Virus genome (UHGV): UHGV-0192709
Direction: 5' to 3' (one strand)
DNA from: a virus
Length of the DNA: 39,903 nucleotides
In this document: positions 1 through 8,661 of the stretch, piece after piece
Layout: every line of letters starts with the position of its first letter
Numbering within the stretch: position 1 is the first letter of the stretch
Position numbers and translations under genes: made by a program
Notes under the pieces: model-generated
The model's database searches: none
The model's input: only the letters and a program-made list of their open reading frames with translations
Told to the model about the DNA's origin: nothing

Positions 1-79
1 CGCCGTCCACCCATTCCGTCAAAACGATCCACGAGCCGATTTTCCCACGCGCCTTTCCGCTGTTTCCGGCGGACATCAT
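1..79. repeat. Left copy of a 79-bp perfect terminal inverted repeat (partner 39825..39903)
   Basis: Bases 1-79 are the exact reverse complement of 39825-39903; the first mismatch is at 80/39824. Interrupted similarity continues to about 703/39147. Confidence 0.97.
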
Positions 80-703
80 CACGCAGTTTTTTCCGGTTGT
101 CTCCTGGCAGCTGATGTGCCCGCTGGCGGCCTGGCGGCTGCCGTCCCCGCTGGCGGCCTGGCGGCTCTCGTCCCCGCTGACGGCCTGGCTGTTATAGTTC
201 CCGCTGGCGGCCTGGATGCTATAGTCACCGCTGGCGGCCTGGCGGCTGCCGTACCCGCTGGCGGCCTGGCGGCTTGCGAACCCTTCGGCGGCCTGGCGGC
301 TCGCGTGTCCGCTGGCAGACTGGCGGCTAAAGTCCCCGCTGGCGGCCTGGCGGCTTGCGAGCATGCGGGAGGAACCTATGTTTCTTGCGCTTTTGCAGGA
401 TGCAAACGCAAAGCCAATGCTGGCTTTAACCATCTCAGCGATCCCGATCCGCGCGCCGATTTTGATTTTTTTGCAGACGATCTTTGTGTCGTCACCGCGC
501 TCGTCGCTTACGTCGTCCGCCTCAACGGCATGGTACACGCTATCGCACGGGTCGTAATAGGCCATGCAGTCGATGGGATCCAGGCAGACGTGGAAGCCGC
601 TCTCGCACAGCGACAAAGGCCCGTCGTGCACATACGTCTCGCCCTCCGCGAATTGGTAGCCATTGGACTGCATGTTTTTGTCAAACCCTTTGTAAGCCTT
701 CAT
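1..703 (-). CDS. Phage 'MKAYKGFD' family protein with 9-aa repeats (AASGxxSRQ, likely beta-solenoid), 3'-truncated by the window edge; paralog of 39147..39903
   Basis: ATG at 703 with GGAGG RBS. Reads MKAYKGFDKNMQSNGYQFAEGETYVHDGPLSLCESGFHVC... and stays open to base 1. Absent from the ORF track because it has no stop codon. Confidence 0.9.
   Translation of the reverse strand, partial: MKAYKGFDKNMQSNGYQFAEGETYVHDGPLSLCESGFHVCLDPIDCMAYYDPCDSVYHAVEADDVSDERGDDTKIVCKKIKIGARIGIAEMVKASIGFAFASCKSARNIGSSRMLASRQAASGDFSRQSASGHASRQAAEGFASRQAASGYGSRQAASGDYSIQAASGNYNSQAVSGDESRQAASGDGSRQAASGHISCQETTGKNCVMMSAGNSGKARGKIGSWIVLTEWVDG
105..350 (-). repeat. In-frame 27-bp tandem repeat, about 9 units
   Basis: Units GCCGCCAGCGGG-N6-AGCCGCCAG on the minus strand, e.g. 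AASGDFSRQ, AASGYGSRQ, AASGDYSIQ, AASGDGSRQ. Confidence 0.9.
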
Positions 704-752
704 TTTCTTTTCCTCCCGGCCTATGGCCTTCCGCCCCGGCGCGGCGGCGGAA

Positions 753-971
753 TCAATCGTCCGCGAAGAGATTGCAGCGGAAATTGCTGGTGATATACGC
801 GGCGCGCTTGGCGGTGATGGGCACGGCCTGGGGATCGTCCTGGCAAAATGCGTCGCGCTCCGCAGCGCTGGGGAACGGGCGCACATAGGCAGTGCCCCAT
901 TCCGCGATCAGGTCGTCGCTATCGTTAAAGTTGTAGTTTTTGTACACCAGCGCGTAAAAGTTCCGTTTCAT
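753..971 (-). CDS. Hypothetical 72-aa protein, first gene of the leftward moron-like operon
   Basis: GGAGG RBS before the ATG; lies directly downstream of the consensus promoter at 1033-1061. Confidence 0.75.
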   Translation of the reverse strand: MKRNFYALVYKNYNFNDSDDLIAEWGTAYVRPFPSAAERDAFCQDDPQAVPITAKRAAYITSNFRCNLFADD

Positions 972-1032
972 GGGATTCCTCCTGGCCCGGCGGCTTATCC
1001 CGCCCGCGGCTCTCTCTCAACCTTGCAAGCAT

Positions 1033-1061
1033 ATTATAACATGACATTTATATTTTGTCAA
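1033..1061 (-). promoter_or_regulatory. Perfect sigma70/sigmaA promoter TTGACA-17-TATAAT, leftward
   Basis: Minus strand TTGACA (1061-1056), 17-bp spacer, TATAAT (1038-1033); AT-rich UP-like tract at 1062-1095. Confidence 0.88.
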
Positions 1062-1182
1062 TATGGTAAATAAAAAATATTTAAAGTTTTTTTGATGCGT
1101 CCGCGACAGCGCGGCCAGACGGCGGAGGCCGGAGGCAGCCGGGGCGGAACCGGCGGGACGCGGGCCCGGATGAATACGGGCA

Positions 1183-1222
1183 AGGGGGGCCAGACAGCCC
1201 CCGGGGAAATGTGCTATATAAT
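1183..1222 (+). promoter_or_regulatory. Degenerate copy of the GGGGGCCAGACA phage promoter motif
   Basis: AGGGGGGCCAGACAGCCCCC followed by TGTGCTATATAAT; same core as the copies at 2296, 6256 and 22556. Confidence 0.5.
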
Positions 1223-1346
1223 AATAAGTAAAAAAACGGGAAGGGCGGGAGCCTTTACGGGGCTTGTATAGGGTATTAACAAGTGGCGCGTTTATACGGG
1301 AGGGGACAGACGCGCGGCCCCCAGGGGGCGCGCGGGGAGGAAGAAA

Positions 1347-2168
1347 ATGACGTGGATAACAGAGGAAGCCCTTTACCAAAAAAGCACGGCCAGCGCGGCG
1401 ACCTGGGGAAAGGGCACGGTGCTGATTGGCAGCAGGACGGTTAAGGCGGGTAATTTTTTAGAATGGGAAATATTCCCCCTGGTGGCGGTGGAAAGAGGCT
1501 GTTGGCAGGAGGCAAAAAAGCAAAGCCGGGAGGCCCAGCGGCGGGTAAACCTGCGGAACGCGCAAAAGCGCCTGGCGCGGCTGCTGAACGAGAATTTCGG
1601 GCCGGGGGATTTGCTGGGGCATTTTACCTGCGCCCAGGGGGCCACGGAGGAGCAGGCGCGCAGGCAGGTAAAAAATTTTATCAGCAGGCTTCGGCGGCGG
1701 GCGACGAAAGCGGGGAAAAAGCTGAAATACGTGTATGTGATCGAGACCACGGGGGCGGAGGAGCGGATGAAATATCACGTGCACATGGCGATGAACGGGG
1801 GATGGATTAACCGGGACGCGCTGGAAGCGGCGTGGGGCCAGGGGCTGGCGCGGGTAGACCGATGCAAGGATCAGCCGGGGGGCCTAAAGGGCTTTGCGCT
1901 GTACATCACCCAGCGCAAGGCGACCCAGGAAAAGCTGCTTTCCAGGCGGTGGGCCTGCTCGCAGAATTTGCGGCAGCCGGTGGTGCGCACCAGCTACAGC
2001 CGGTTTCTGCGGCGGGATATGGACAAAATGGCGGCGGAAGCGGCGGATTTTTCCGCGCTGGCGAAAAAATTCCCGGGCTACGAAATCGTAGAGCGCCCGG
2101 AAGTAAAATACAGCGATTATTTGCCGGGGGCGTATATTACCGTGCTGTTCAAGCGCCGGGGGGCATAG
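1347..2168 (+). CDS. HUH-endonuclease / rolling-circle Rep-like phage protein
   Basis: Motif-I-like HFT, YVYVIE...YHVHM (HUH), WGQG, catalytic-Tyr-like LYITQ, RRWACSQNL; GGAGG RBS. Confidence 0.7.
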   Translation: MTWITEEALYQKSTASAATWGKGTVLIGSRTVKAGNFLEWEIFPLVAVERGCWQEAKKQSREAQRRVNLRNAQKRLARLLNENFGPGDLLGHFTCAQGATEEQARRQVKNFISRLRRRATKAGKKLKYVYVIETTGAEERMKYHVHMAMNGGWINRDALEAAWGQGLARVDRCKDQPGGLKGFALYITQRKATQEKLLSRRWACSQNLRQPVVRTSYSRFLRRDMDKMAAEAADFSALAKKFPGYEIVERPEVKYSDYLPGAYITVLFKRRGA

Positions 2169-2295
2169 CGCTGGGGGCTTTATTTGCGCGGGCGCAAAAG
2201 CGTATCAAAGGGCGGGCGAACGGGCCCGGGCGCGCGCGCGCGAACTAAAGATACAAAAAACGCGCGGGGGGTCGGCCCCGCTTATTTGGCATAGG

Positions 2296-2330
2296 GTGGG
2301 CCAGACAAGGGCCTTTTTTTGTGTAAAAAT
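2296..2330 (+). promoter_or_regulatory. Putative late promoter/terminator motif upstream of terS
   Basis: GGGCCAGACAAGGGCCTTTTTTTGTGTAAAAAT: CAGACA-17-AAAAAT with TGn extension. Confidence 0.65.
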
Positions 2331-2367
2331 AAAGGCGTGGAACGCGGAAGGAAAGGAGGAGGGGCGG

Positions 2368-2919
2368 ATGGCCATGCAGGAAAAGCGCCAGGAGGCGGAA
2401 GCGCGATACATATCCAGCGCGATCAATCTGCGGGAACTGGCCAAGGAGATGGGGATCGGCGCGGGAACGCTGATGCGCTGGAGCCGGGAGGGCGCGTGGG
2501 CGGAAAAGCGGCGGCAAGTGGAGCTGAAGGCCAGCGAAAAGGCCATGCGCAGCGCGGTCAGCAAGCGGGCAAAGCAGCTGGAAAAGCTGCTGGACGCAAG
2601 CGCCACCATGGAGGAGGCCCTGCAGGCGGCGGCGCGGCAGTTTTTGACAAAACTGGAGGAAGCGGACGAAAAGGCCAGGGAGACGGGCAAGCTGGCGGAC
2701 GGATTCCGGGCGAAAAACCTGCAAAGCCTGGCCCAGGCCATCGGCACGGCGACGCAGACGCGGATGCTGCTGGACGGGATTTTGCCCGAGGAGGCAAAGC
2801 AAAAGCTGCGAATCGAAAAGAAAAGGCAGGCGCTGGAGGAAAAGCGGCAGGCGGAGGAGGGCATGGAAAAGGCCGTGGAGGTGCGCTTGCCGCCTGAAGC
2901 GGAGGAAATGGCAAAATGA
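2368..2919 (+). CDS. terS: Terminase small subunit
   Basis: N-terminal HTH (LRELAKEMGIGAGTLMRWSREGAW), coiled coil, overlaps the terL start (ATGA); GGAGGAGG RBS before ATG 2368. Confidence 0.8.
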   Translation: MAMQEKRQEAEARYISSAINLRELAKEMGIGAGTLMRWSREGAWAEKRRQVELKASEKAMRSAVSKRAKQLEKLLDASATMEEALQAAARQFLTKLEEADEKARETGKLADGFRAKNLQSLAQAIGTATQTRMLLDGILPEEAKQKLRIEKKRQALEEKRQAEEGMEKAVEVRLPPEAEEMAK

Positions 2920-4286
2920 AAAGCAAAAGCCAGCGGAAAATGGTGCTGGACATGCCCCGGCCCAGCGCGAAGCAGACGCGATTTTTCCACGCGCGGGAGG
3001 ATGTGATTATCTTCGGCGGCGCCCGGGGCGGCGGGAAAAGCTGGGCGGTGCGGTGGAAGGCGGTGCTGATGGCGCTGCGCTACCCGCGAATCAAGCTATT
3101 GATCGTGCGCCGGACGTGGCCGGAGCTAAAAAAGAACCACATCAACCCGCTGAAGCTGATGCTGCACGGACTGGCGCGGTACAATGAGCAGGAAAAGGCG
3201 TTTTTTTTTGAAAGCGGGAGCCTGATCCAGTTCCAATACGTGGCCCGGGACGACGATTTATTAAACCTGCAGGGCGCGGAATACGACGTGATATTTGTGG
3301 ACGAGGCCACAAACCTGACAGAATACCAGATCAAGCAGCTAAAGGCGTGCATTCGCGGGGTAAACGATTACCCCAAGCGGCTGTACCTGACCTGCAACCC
3401 CGGGGGCAAGGGGCATCAGTACATCAAGCGCCTAAAGGAGGGCAGGCTGTACCCCGAGGAGCAGGGGGAAAGCTACACCTTTATCCAAAGCCTGGTGACG
3501 GACAACAAGGCGCTGATGGAAAGCGACCCGGGATACAAGGCCAAACTGGAGGCGCTGCCGCCCAAGATACGCAAGGCGTGGCTGGAGGGGGACTGGGATA
3601 TCTACGAGGGGCAATTTTTTGAGCAGTTCCGGGACGATCCCACGGGCTACGAGACGCGGACGAACACCCATGTGATTCCGCCCTTTGATATCCCCCGGGG
3701 CTGGAGGGTATACAGGAGCTATGACTGGGGCTACAACCACCCGTTTTCCTGCGGCTGGTGGGCCATGGATTACGACGGGGTGATTTACCGCATATTGGAG
3801 CTATACGGCTGCACCCAGGAGCCCAACACGGGCGTAAAATGGACGGATGAAAAGCAATTTGCGGAGATCGCGCGCATCGAGCGGGAGCACCCCTGGCTCA
3901 AGGGCCGGAAAATTCAGGGGGTGGCGGATCCCAGCATCTGGAGCGCGGAAAAGACGGGCGTTTCCACGGCGGACGTGGCGGCGGCACAGGGGGTATACTT
4001 TGACAAGGCCAACAACGACCGAATCGCGGGCTGGCGGCAATGCCAGTACCGGCTGGCCTTTGACAAAAACGGATACCCGATGATGTATGTGTTTAGCAAT
4101 TGCAGGGCGTTTATCCGCACGATTCCGCTTTTGTGCTATTCGGAGACGCAGCCGGAAGACCTGGACACGGAGGAGGAGGACCATGTGGCGGACGAATGGC
4201 GGTATTTTTGCATGATGAATCCCATTAAGCCCAGGGCCAGCGAGGACAAAAAGATACCGTTTTTCGACCCGCTGAATATGTTTTAA
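2916..4286 (+). CDS. terL: Terminase large subunit
   Basis: Walker A GGARGGGKS, Walker B IFVDEA, TCNPGG coupling motif, RNase-H-like YDWG and EDHVADEWRY. Confidence 0.96.
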   Translation: MKSKSQRKMVLDMPRPSAKQTRFFHAREDVIIFGGARGGGKSWAVRWKAVLMALRYPRIKLLIVRRTWPELKKNHINPLKLMLHGLARYNEQEKAFFFESGSLIQFQYVARDDDLLNLQGAEYDVIFVDEATNLTEYQIKQLKACIRGVNDYPKRLYLTCNPGGKGHQYIKRLKEGRLYPEEQGESYTFIQSLVTDNKALMESDPGYKAKLEALPPKIRKAWLEGDWDIYEGQFFEQFRDDPTGYETRTNTHVIPPFDIPRGWRVYRSYDWGYNHPFSCGWWAMDYDGVIYRILELYGCTQEPNTGVKWTDEKQFAEIARIEREHPWLKGRKIQGVADPSIWSAEKTGVSTADVAAAQGVYFDKANNDRIAGWRQCQYRLAFDKNGYPMMYVFSNCRAFIRTIPLLCYSETQPEDLDTEEEDHVADEWRYFCMMNPIKPRASEDKKIPFFDPLNMF

Positions 4287-4301
4287 AGGGGGAATAAAAA
4301 A

Positions 4302-6239
4302 ATGTCGGAAATCCAGAAATTTGAGGAGCAATTGCGGCAAAAGGCCATGGGGCGGCCCCTGCCGGGGCAGGAGGCGCAGCCGCTGGAGGAAAAGCGGGCG
4401 GAGGATGCGTTTATGGACGGCCTGACGCAAAAGCGCATGACGGAGGAGCGCATTCGGGAGGCCAACGACATTTTGCGCAAATACAAAAACGGCAAAGCGC
4501 GGCTGGAAAAGCGCATCGTGGCAAATGAAAAATGGTGGGAGGGCCGGGCTTGGACGGAAATGCAGAGCCAGGGAAACCCCATGCACGACAAGCGGCCCAC
4601 CATGTGGCTGTTTAACGTGATTATGGGCAAGCACGCGGATATGATCGAGAGCTATCCCGAGCCCGCCGTGCTGCCCCGGGAGGAAATGGACACGGAAACG
4701 GCCAAGACGCTGACCAGCATTCTGCCGGTGGTGCTGGAACAAAACGGCTACGACGAGGTATACGACGATCTGGCCTGGGACAAAAACAAAATGGGAACCG
4801 CCGTGACCGCCGTATACTGGGACGCAAGCAAGCACAACGGCCTGGGGGATATCAGCATTTGCCAGGCGGATATCTTAAACCTGTTTTGGGAGCCGGGCGT
4901 GACGGACCTCCAAAAGAGCCAGAACGTTTTTTACGTGCAGACCTACGACAAGCGGGAGCTTGTGGGCAAATATCCGCAGCTGGAGGGCAAAAACCTGGAC
5001 GGACCGCTGACGCTGGCGCGCTACGAATACGAGGACAGCATTGACCTGACGGACAAGGCGCTTGTGGTGGACTGGTATTATCGCACAGAGCAAAACGGGC
5101 GGCGGACGCTGCACTATTGCAAGTACGTCAACGACCAGGTGCTATATGCCAGCGAGGACGACCCGGACGCGGCGGAAACGGGCTGGTATCAGGACGGGGA
5201 TTATCCCTTTGTGATCGACGCGCTATTCCCCGGCAAGGGCACCATTGCGGGCAAGGGCTACATCGACATCGGCAAGGGCGCCCAGGAAAGCATTGACCTG
5301 CTGGACCAGGCGTGCGTAATGAACGCGCTGGCGGGGGCGATCCCGCGCTATATGTCTACAAACGACAGCGGCGTAAACGAGGAGGAGATGCTGGATTTCC
5401 GCAGGCCGGTGGTGCATGTGGAGGGGTCGCTGACGGAAAACACCTGGCGAACCATCGACGCTCCGAACCTCAGCGGCGTGCACGCGCAGATGCTGCAAAA
5501 CAAAATCGAGGAATTAAAGCAGATTACCGGCAATCAGGACGTGACCAACGGCGCGAGCGGCGGCGTGACGGCGGCCAGCGCCATTGCGGCCCTGCAGGAG
5601 AGCGCCGGGCGCAGCAGCCGGGACGGCATCCGGGGCACCTGGCGGGCGTACAGCCGGATGATCCGCATGGTGATTAGCCGCATGGCGCAATTTTACGACG
5701 CGCCGCGCACATTCCGCATTCTGGGGGAGCAGAGCCAGGCGGAATACGTGCAATTTAGCAATCAGGGCTTACAGCCGCAGATGACGCTGGATCAGATGGG
5801 CTTATTCCAGGGGATGCGCATGCCGGAATTTGATATATCGGTATCCGCGCAAAAGCAGAACGCCTATAGCAAGATGGCGACCAACGAGCTGGCGCTGCAG
5901 CTGCTGAACGCGGGGGTGTTTAACCCGGAAATGGCGGATCAAAGCGCGATGCTGCTTTCCATGATGGATTTTCCCCGGCGGGACGAACTGCTGCAAAAAG
6001 TACAGCAGAACGGAATGCTGGTGCAGCAGATGGCCATGTGGCAGCAGATGGCGCTGACGCTGGCGCAAAAATACGAGCCCGAGACGGCGGAGGAAATGGC
6101 GCAGGCGGTGATGGGCGTACCGGCGCAGGCACAGCAGGGGAGCGTAAACCCCAGCGCGGCGGCGGAGGCGGAAAGCGAGGAAAGCGGCGTGACGCGGCGG
6201 GCGCGGGAGCGGTCGGCCCAGGCGTCGCAGCCCGAATAA
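4302..6239 (+). CDS. Portal protein (P22-like podoviral type)
   Basis: 645 aa, directly after terL; G..TAASAIAALQE motif and Q/M-rich C-terminal barrel region. Confidence 0.9.
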   Translation: MSEIQKFEEQLRQKAMGRPLPGQEAQPLEEKRAEDAFMDGLTQKRMTEERIREANDILRKYKNGKARLEKRIVANEKWWEGRAWTEMQSQGNPMHDKRPTMWLFNVIMGKHADMIESYPEPAVLPREEMDTETAKTLTSILPVVLEQNGYDEVYDDLAWDKNKMGTAVTAVYWDASKHNGLGDISICQADILNLFWEPGVTDLQKSQNVFYVQTYDKRELVGKYPQLEGKNLDGPLTLARYEYEDSIDLTDKALVVDWYYRTEQNGRRTLHYCKYVNDQVLYASEDDPDAAETGWYQDGDYPFVIDALFPGKGTIAGKGYIDIGKGAQESIDLLDQACVMNALAGAIPRYMSTNDSGVNEEEMLDFRRPVVHVEGSLTENTWRTIDAPNLSGVHAQMLQNKIEELKQITGNQDVTNGASGGVTAASAIAALQESAGRSSRDGIRGTWRAYSRMIRMVISRMAQFYDAPRTFRILGEQSQAEYVQFSNQGLQPQMTLDQMGLFQGMRMPEFDISVSAQKQNAYSKMATNELALQLLNAGVFNPEMADQSAMLLSMMDFPRRDELLQKVQQNGMLVQQMAMWQQMALTLAQKYEPETAEEMAQAVMGVPAQAQQGSVNPSAAAEAESEESGVTRRARERSAQASQPE

Positions 6240-6251
6240 GGGGGCGCGGGC

Positions 6252-6291
6252 AAAAGGGGGGCCAGACAAGGCCCCTTTTTTGTGCAACAAT
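6252..6291 (+). promoter_or_regulatory. Terminator hairpin plus late promoter motif upstream of scaffold/capsid
   Basis: GGGGCC-AGACAA-GGCCCC-TTTTTT then TGcAACAAT; CAGACA-17-AACAAT. Confidence 0.7.
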
Positions 6292-6359
6292 AGATGCGTG
6301 GAATCGCCCGCCTTAAGGGCAGACGGGATCGCCCACCCTACGGGCAGAAAGGCAGGAAA

Positions 6360-7307
6360 ATGAAAATGGAGCTTGATTTGCAATTGTTCGCGGAGGGCGC
6401 GGCCCCGGGAGGCGCGGCGCAGGCAGCGGCAGGCGGCGCGCAGGCGGCGGCCCCGATGGCCACGGGGCAGGAAACGCAGGCGGAGGACAACCTCCCCCAT
6501 TTGCAGCCGCGAAGGCGGAAGGAAAACCCGCTGGAGCATATGCAATTCGGCGTGCAGCCCGAGCAGCAGCAGGCGGCCCAGGAGCCCGCGCAGGAAAAGC
6601 AATCCTTTCGCGACCTGATCAAGGGCGAATACGCCAAGGACGCGCAGGCATGGCTGAACGAAACCATGGCGGATCGCTTTAAGGCGCAGGGCGAGATGAA
6701 GCGGCAATTGCAGCAGCAGCAGGGCCTGATGGACAAGATGGCCCGGAAGTACGGCCTGAAGGCGGGGGACATGGCGGGCCTTAGCAAAGCGCTGGAGGAG
6801 GACGATAGCGTATACGCCCAGGGCGCGGCGGAGGCCGGAATGCCGGTGAACGCCTTTAAGGAGCTGGAGCAGGCCAGGGAGGAGCGCGACCGGCTGCGGC
6901 AGGAAAAGGCGGAGGCGGAGCGCGAGACGCAATTCCGCGCGCACTTTGAAGGCCTGCGGACGCAGGCGGCGGAGCTGCAAAAGAAGTTTCCGCAATTCGA
7001 CCTGGCCCAGGAGCTGCAAAACCCGAAATTCCTCCAGATGACCAGCCCGGAAATGGGCATAAGCGTGCAGGACGCGTATTTTGCGCTGCATGCCCAGGAG
7101 CTTCAGCGGCAGGGCATGGCATACGCGGGGCAGGAGGCCGCGAGGGCCCTTGCCAGCAGCGTGCGGGCGGGGGCGCTTCGCCCGCTGGAGAACGGAATTC
7201 AGGGCGGCGGCGCGGTGCAGGCCGTCACGGACGTAACAAAGCTGACCCGGGCGCAGCGGGACGAAATCAACCGCCGGGCGCGGGCGGGAATGAGAATTCA
7301 ATTTTAA
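6360..7307 (+). CDS. Capsid scaffolding protein
   Basis: Between portal and capsid; N-terminal LDLQLFAE motif, coiled coil, C-terminal IxRRAxxGxxIxF-type end. Confidence 0.82.
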   Translation: MKMELDLQLFAEGAAPGGAAQAAAGGAQAAAPMATGQETQAEDNLPHLQPRRRKENPLEHMQFGVQPEQQQAAQEPAQEKQSFRDLIKGEYAKDAQAWLNETMADRFKAQGEMKRQLQQQQGLMDKMARKYGLKAGDMAGLSKALEEDDSVYAQGAAEAGMPVNAFKELEQAREERDRLRQEKAEAERETQFRAHFEGLRTQAAELQKKFPQFDLAQELQNPKFLQMTSPEMGISVQDAYFALHAQELQRQGMAYAGQEAARALASSVRAGALRPLENGIQGGGAVQAVTDVTKLTRAQRDEINRRARAGMRIQF

Positions 7308-7343
7308 GGGCGGCCTTAAGGGCCGCCGGAAAGGAAGGAAAGC

Positions 7344-8600
7344 ATGCCTGATTATGGCAACGGCGGCGTGCTGGTAAACGCCAGCGGCCAATTTGTAAAC
7401 GCGTACACGGGGGATACCTACGCGTTTGACAGCGCGCACAACCTTAGTGCGCAGATGAAAACCTATTACGACACCGAGGCCCTGGACAACGCCCGGGCGA
7501 ACCTGGTGTTCGCCCAGTTTGGCAAAAAGCAGGCCCTGCCCAACGGCCACGGAACGACCGTGGAATGGCGCAAGCGCAACACCTTCGGCGACGTGAGCCG
7601 CCTGCAGGAGGGCGTGATCCCCAAGGGCAAAAAATTTGGCTATTCCATCATTACCGCCGATATCTATGAATACGGCGATTATGTGGCGATTACCGAATGG
7701 CTGAAATCCCACGCCATTGACCCCGTGATGCTGGACGCGACGGAGGAGCTTTCCAGCGCGGCGGCCAACACGCAGGACAAGCTGGTGCGCAACAAGCTGC
7801 TGACGGGCACAAACGTAATCTACGCCCCCAAGGTGGTAAGCGGCGAGGAAACGGCGGTGACCACCCGGAGCGGCCTGGACAAGACCGCGAAGATGACCAG
7901 CAAGCTGGTGGCGATGGTGGCCACCAGCATGGCCAACGCCAACGCGCCCCGGATCGGCCAGGATGTGGCGGTGGCCATTGTGCATCCCGACGTGGTGCAC
8001 GATCTGCGGCAGGACAGCGCGTGGATCGAGGCCCACAAGTACGCAGCCGTGGAAGAAATCTTTAACGGCGAGGTGGGCAAGCTGCACGGCGTGCGCTTTG
8101 TGGAGACCACAAACGCCAAGGTGTACAAAGCAAAAAACCTGGCCGGAACCACCGCGAACCTGGCGGTAAACGGGGCGGTGACCGCCAGCACGGTGGTTAA
8201 ATTCGACGGCGGCACGGTGGGCGACGGCGACCTGACCGGGCGCTTTGTAAACATTGGGAGCACGGAGGCCGTGATCGTGGCCAACAGCAGCAGCGTGCTG
8301 ATGCTGGATCGCCCGGTGACGGCGGCGGACGACGCGGTGATTTCCCCGGCGGGCGGCGGAGCATCCGACACGGCGGTATACATTTCCATGTTCCTGGCCA
8401 AGGACGCTTTCGGCGTGATCGACCCCGAGGCGGGCGGCATGGAGATGATCCACAAGACAAAAAAAGAAGTGGGCGGCCCCCTGGAGCAGTTTGGCACGGT
8501 GGGCGTTAAATTCGCCACCGGCTGCGAAATCCTGTACCCGGAGCGGGTGATCCGCGTGGAGAGCGGATCCAGCCTGGGCGACACGGCGGAGAGCAACTGA
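7344..8600 (+). CDS. Major capsid protein (N4-gp56-like family)
   Basis: EMKTYY-like QMKTYYD, FAQFG.K..LP.GHG.TVEWR, IVHPDV..DL, GEVGKLHGVRFVET, GGPLEQFGTVGVK motifs. Confidence 0.92.
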   Translation: MPDYGNGGVLVNASGQFVNAYTGDTYAFDSAHNLSAQMKTYYDTEALDNARANLVFAQFGKKQALPNGHGTTVEWRKRNTFGDVSRLQEGVIPKGKKFGYSIITADIYEYGDYVAITEWLKSHAIDPVMLDATEELSSAAANTQDKLVRNKLLTGTNVIYAPKVVSGEETAVTTRSGLDKTAKMTSKLVAMVATSMANANAPRIGQDVAVAIVHPDVVHDLRQDSAWIEAHKYAAVEEIFNGEVGKLHGVRFVETTNAKVYKAKNLAGTTANLAVNGAVTASTVVKFDGGTVGDGDLTGRFVNIGSTEAVIVANSSSVLMLDRPVTAADDAVISPAGGGASDTAVYISMFLAKDAFGVIDPEAGGMEMIHKTKKEVGGPLEQFGTVGVKFATGCEILYPERVIRVESGSSLGDTAESN

Positions 8601-8609
8601 CGGAAACAG

Positions 8610-8640
8610 GCGGGGGCGGAGACTTTTTTTCCGCCCCCGC
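8610..8640 (+). terminator. GC-rich hairpin after the capsid gene (terminator or mRNA stabiliser)
   Basis: 11-bp stem GCGGGGGCGGA/TCCGCCCCCGC; no downstream U-tract. Confidence 0.5.
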
Positions 8641-8661
8641 GCGGAAGAAGGGAGAATAAAC

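Noticed and set aside
1..79. Terminal inverted repeat as true genome ends (protein-primed ITR, hairpin telomere or transposon TIR)
   Set aside because: The repeat lies mid-ORF in two paralogues; no protelomerase, pPolB or transposase is present; 79 bp of identity fits an assembly break at a collapsed repeat.
105..350. 27-bp repeats at both ends as a CRISPR array
   Set aside because: The variable part is only about 6 nt, the units are in-frame codon repeats within a CDS, and there are no cas genes.
116..793. Plus-strand 225-aa 'PAGGLAA' repeat ORF (and 39045..39761 on the minus strand)
   Set aside because: Antisense reading of the real MKAYKGFD genes, which have an RBS or translational coupling and a family-like N-terminus.
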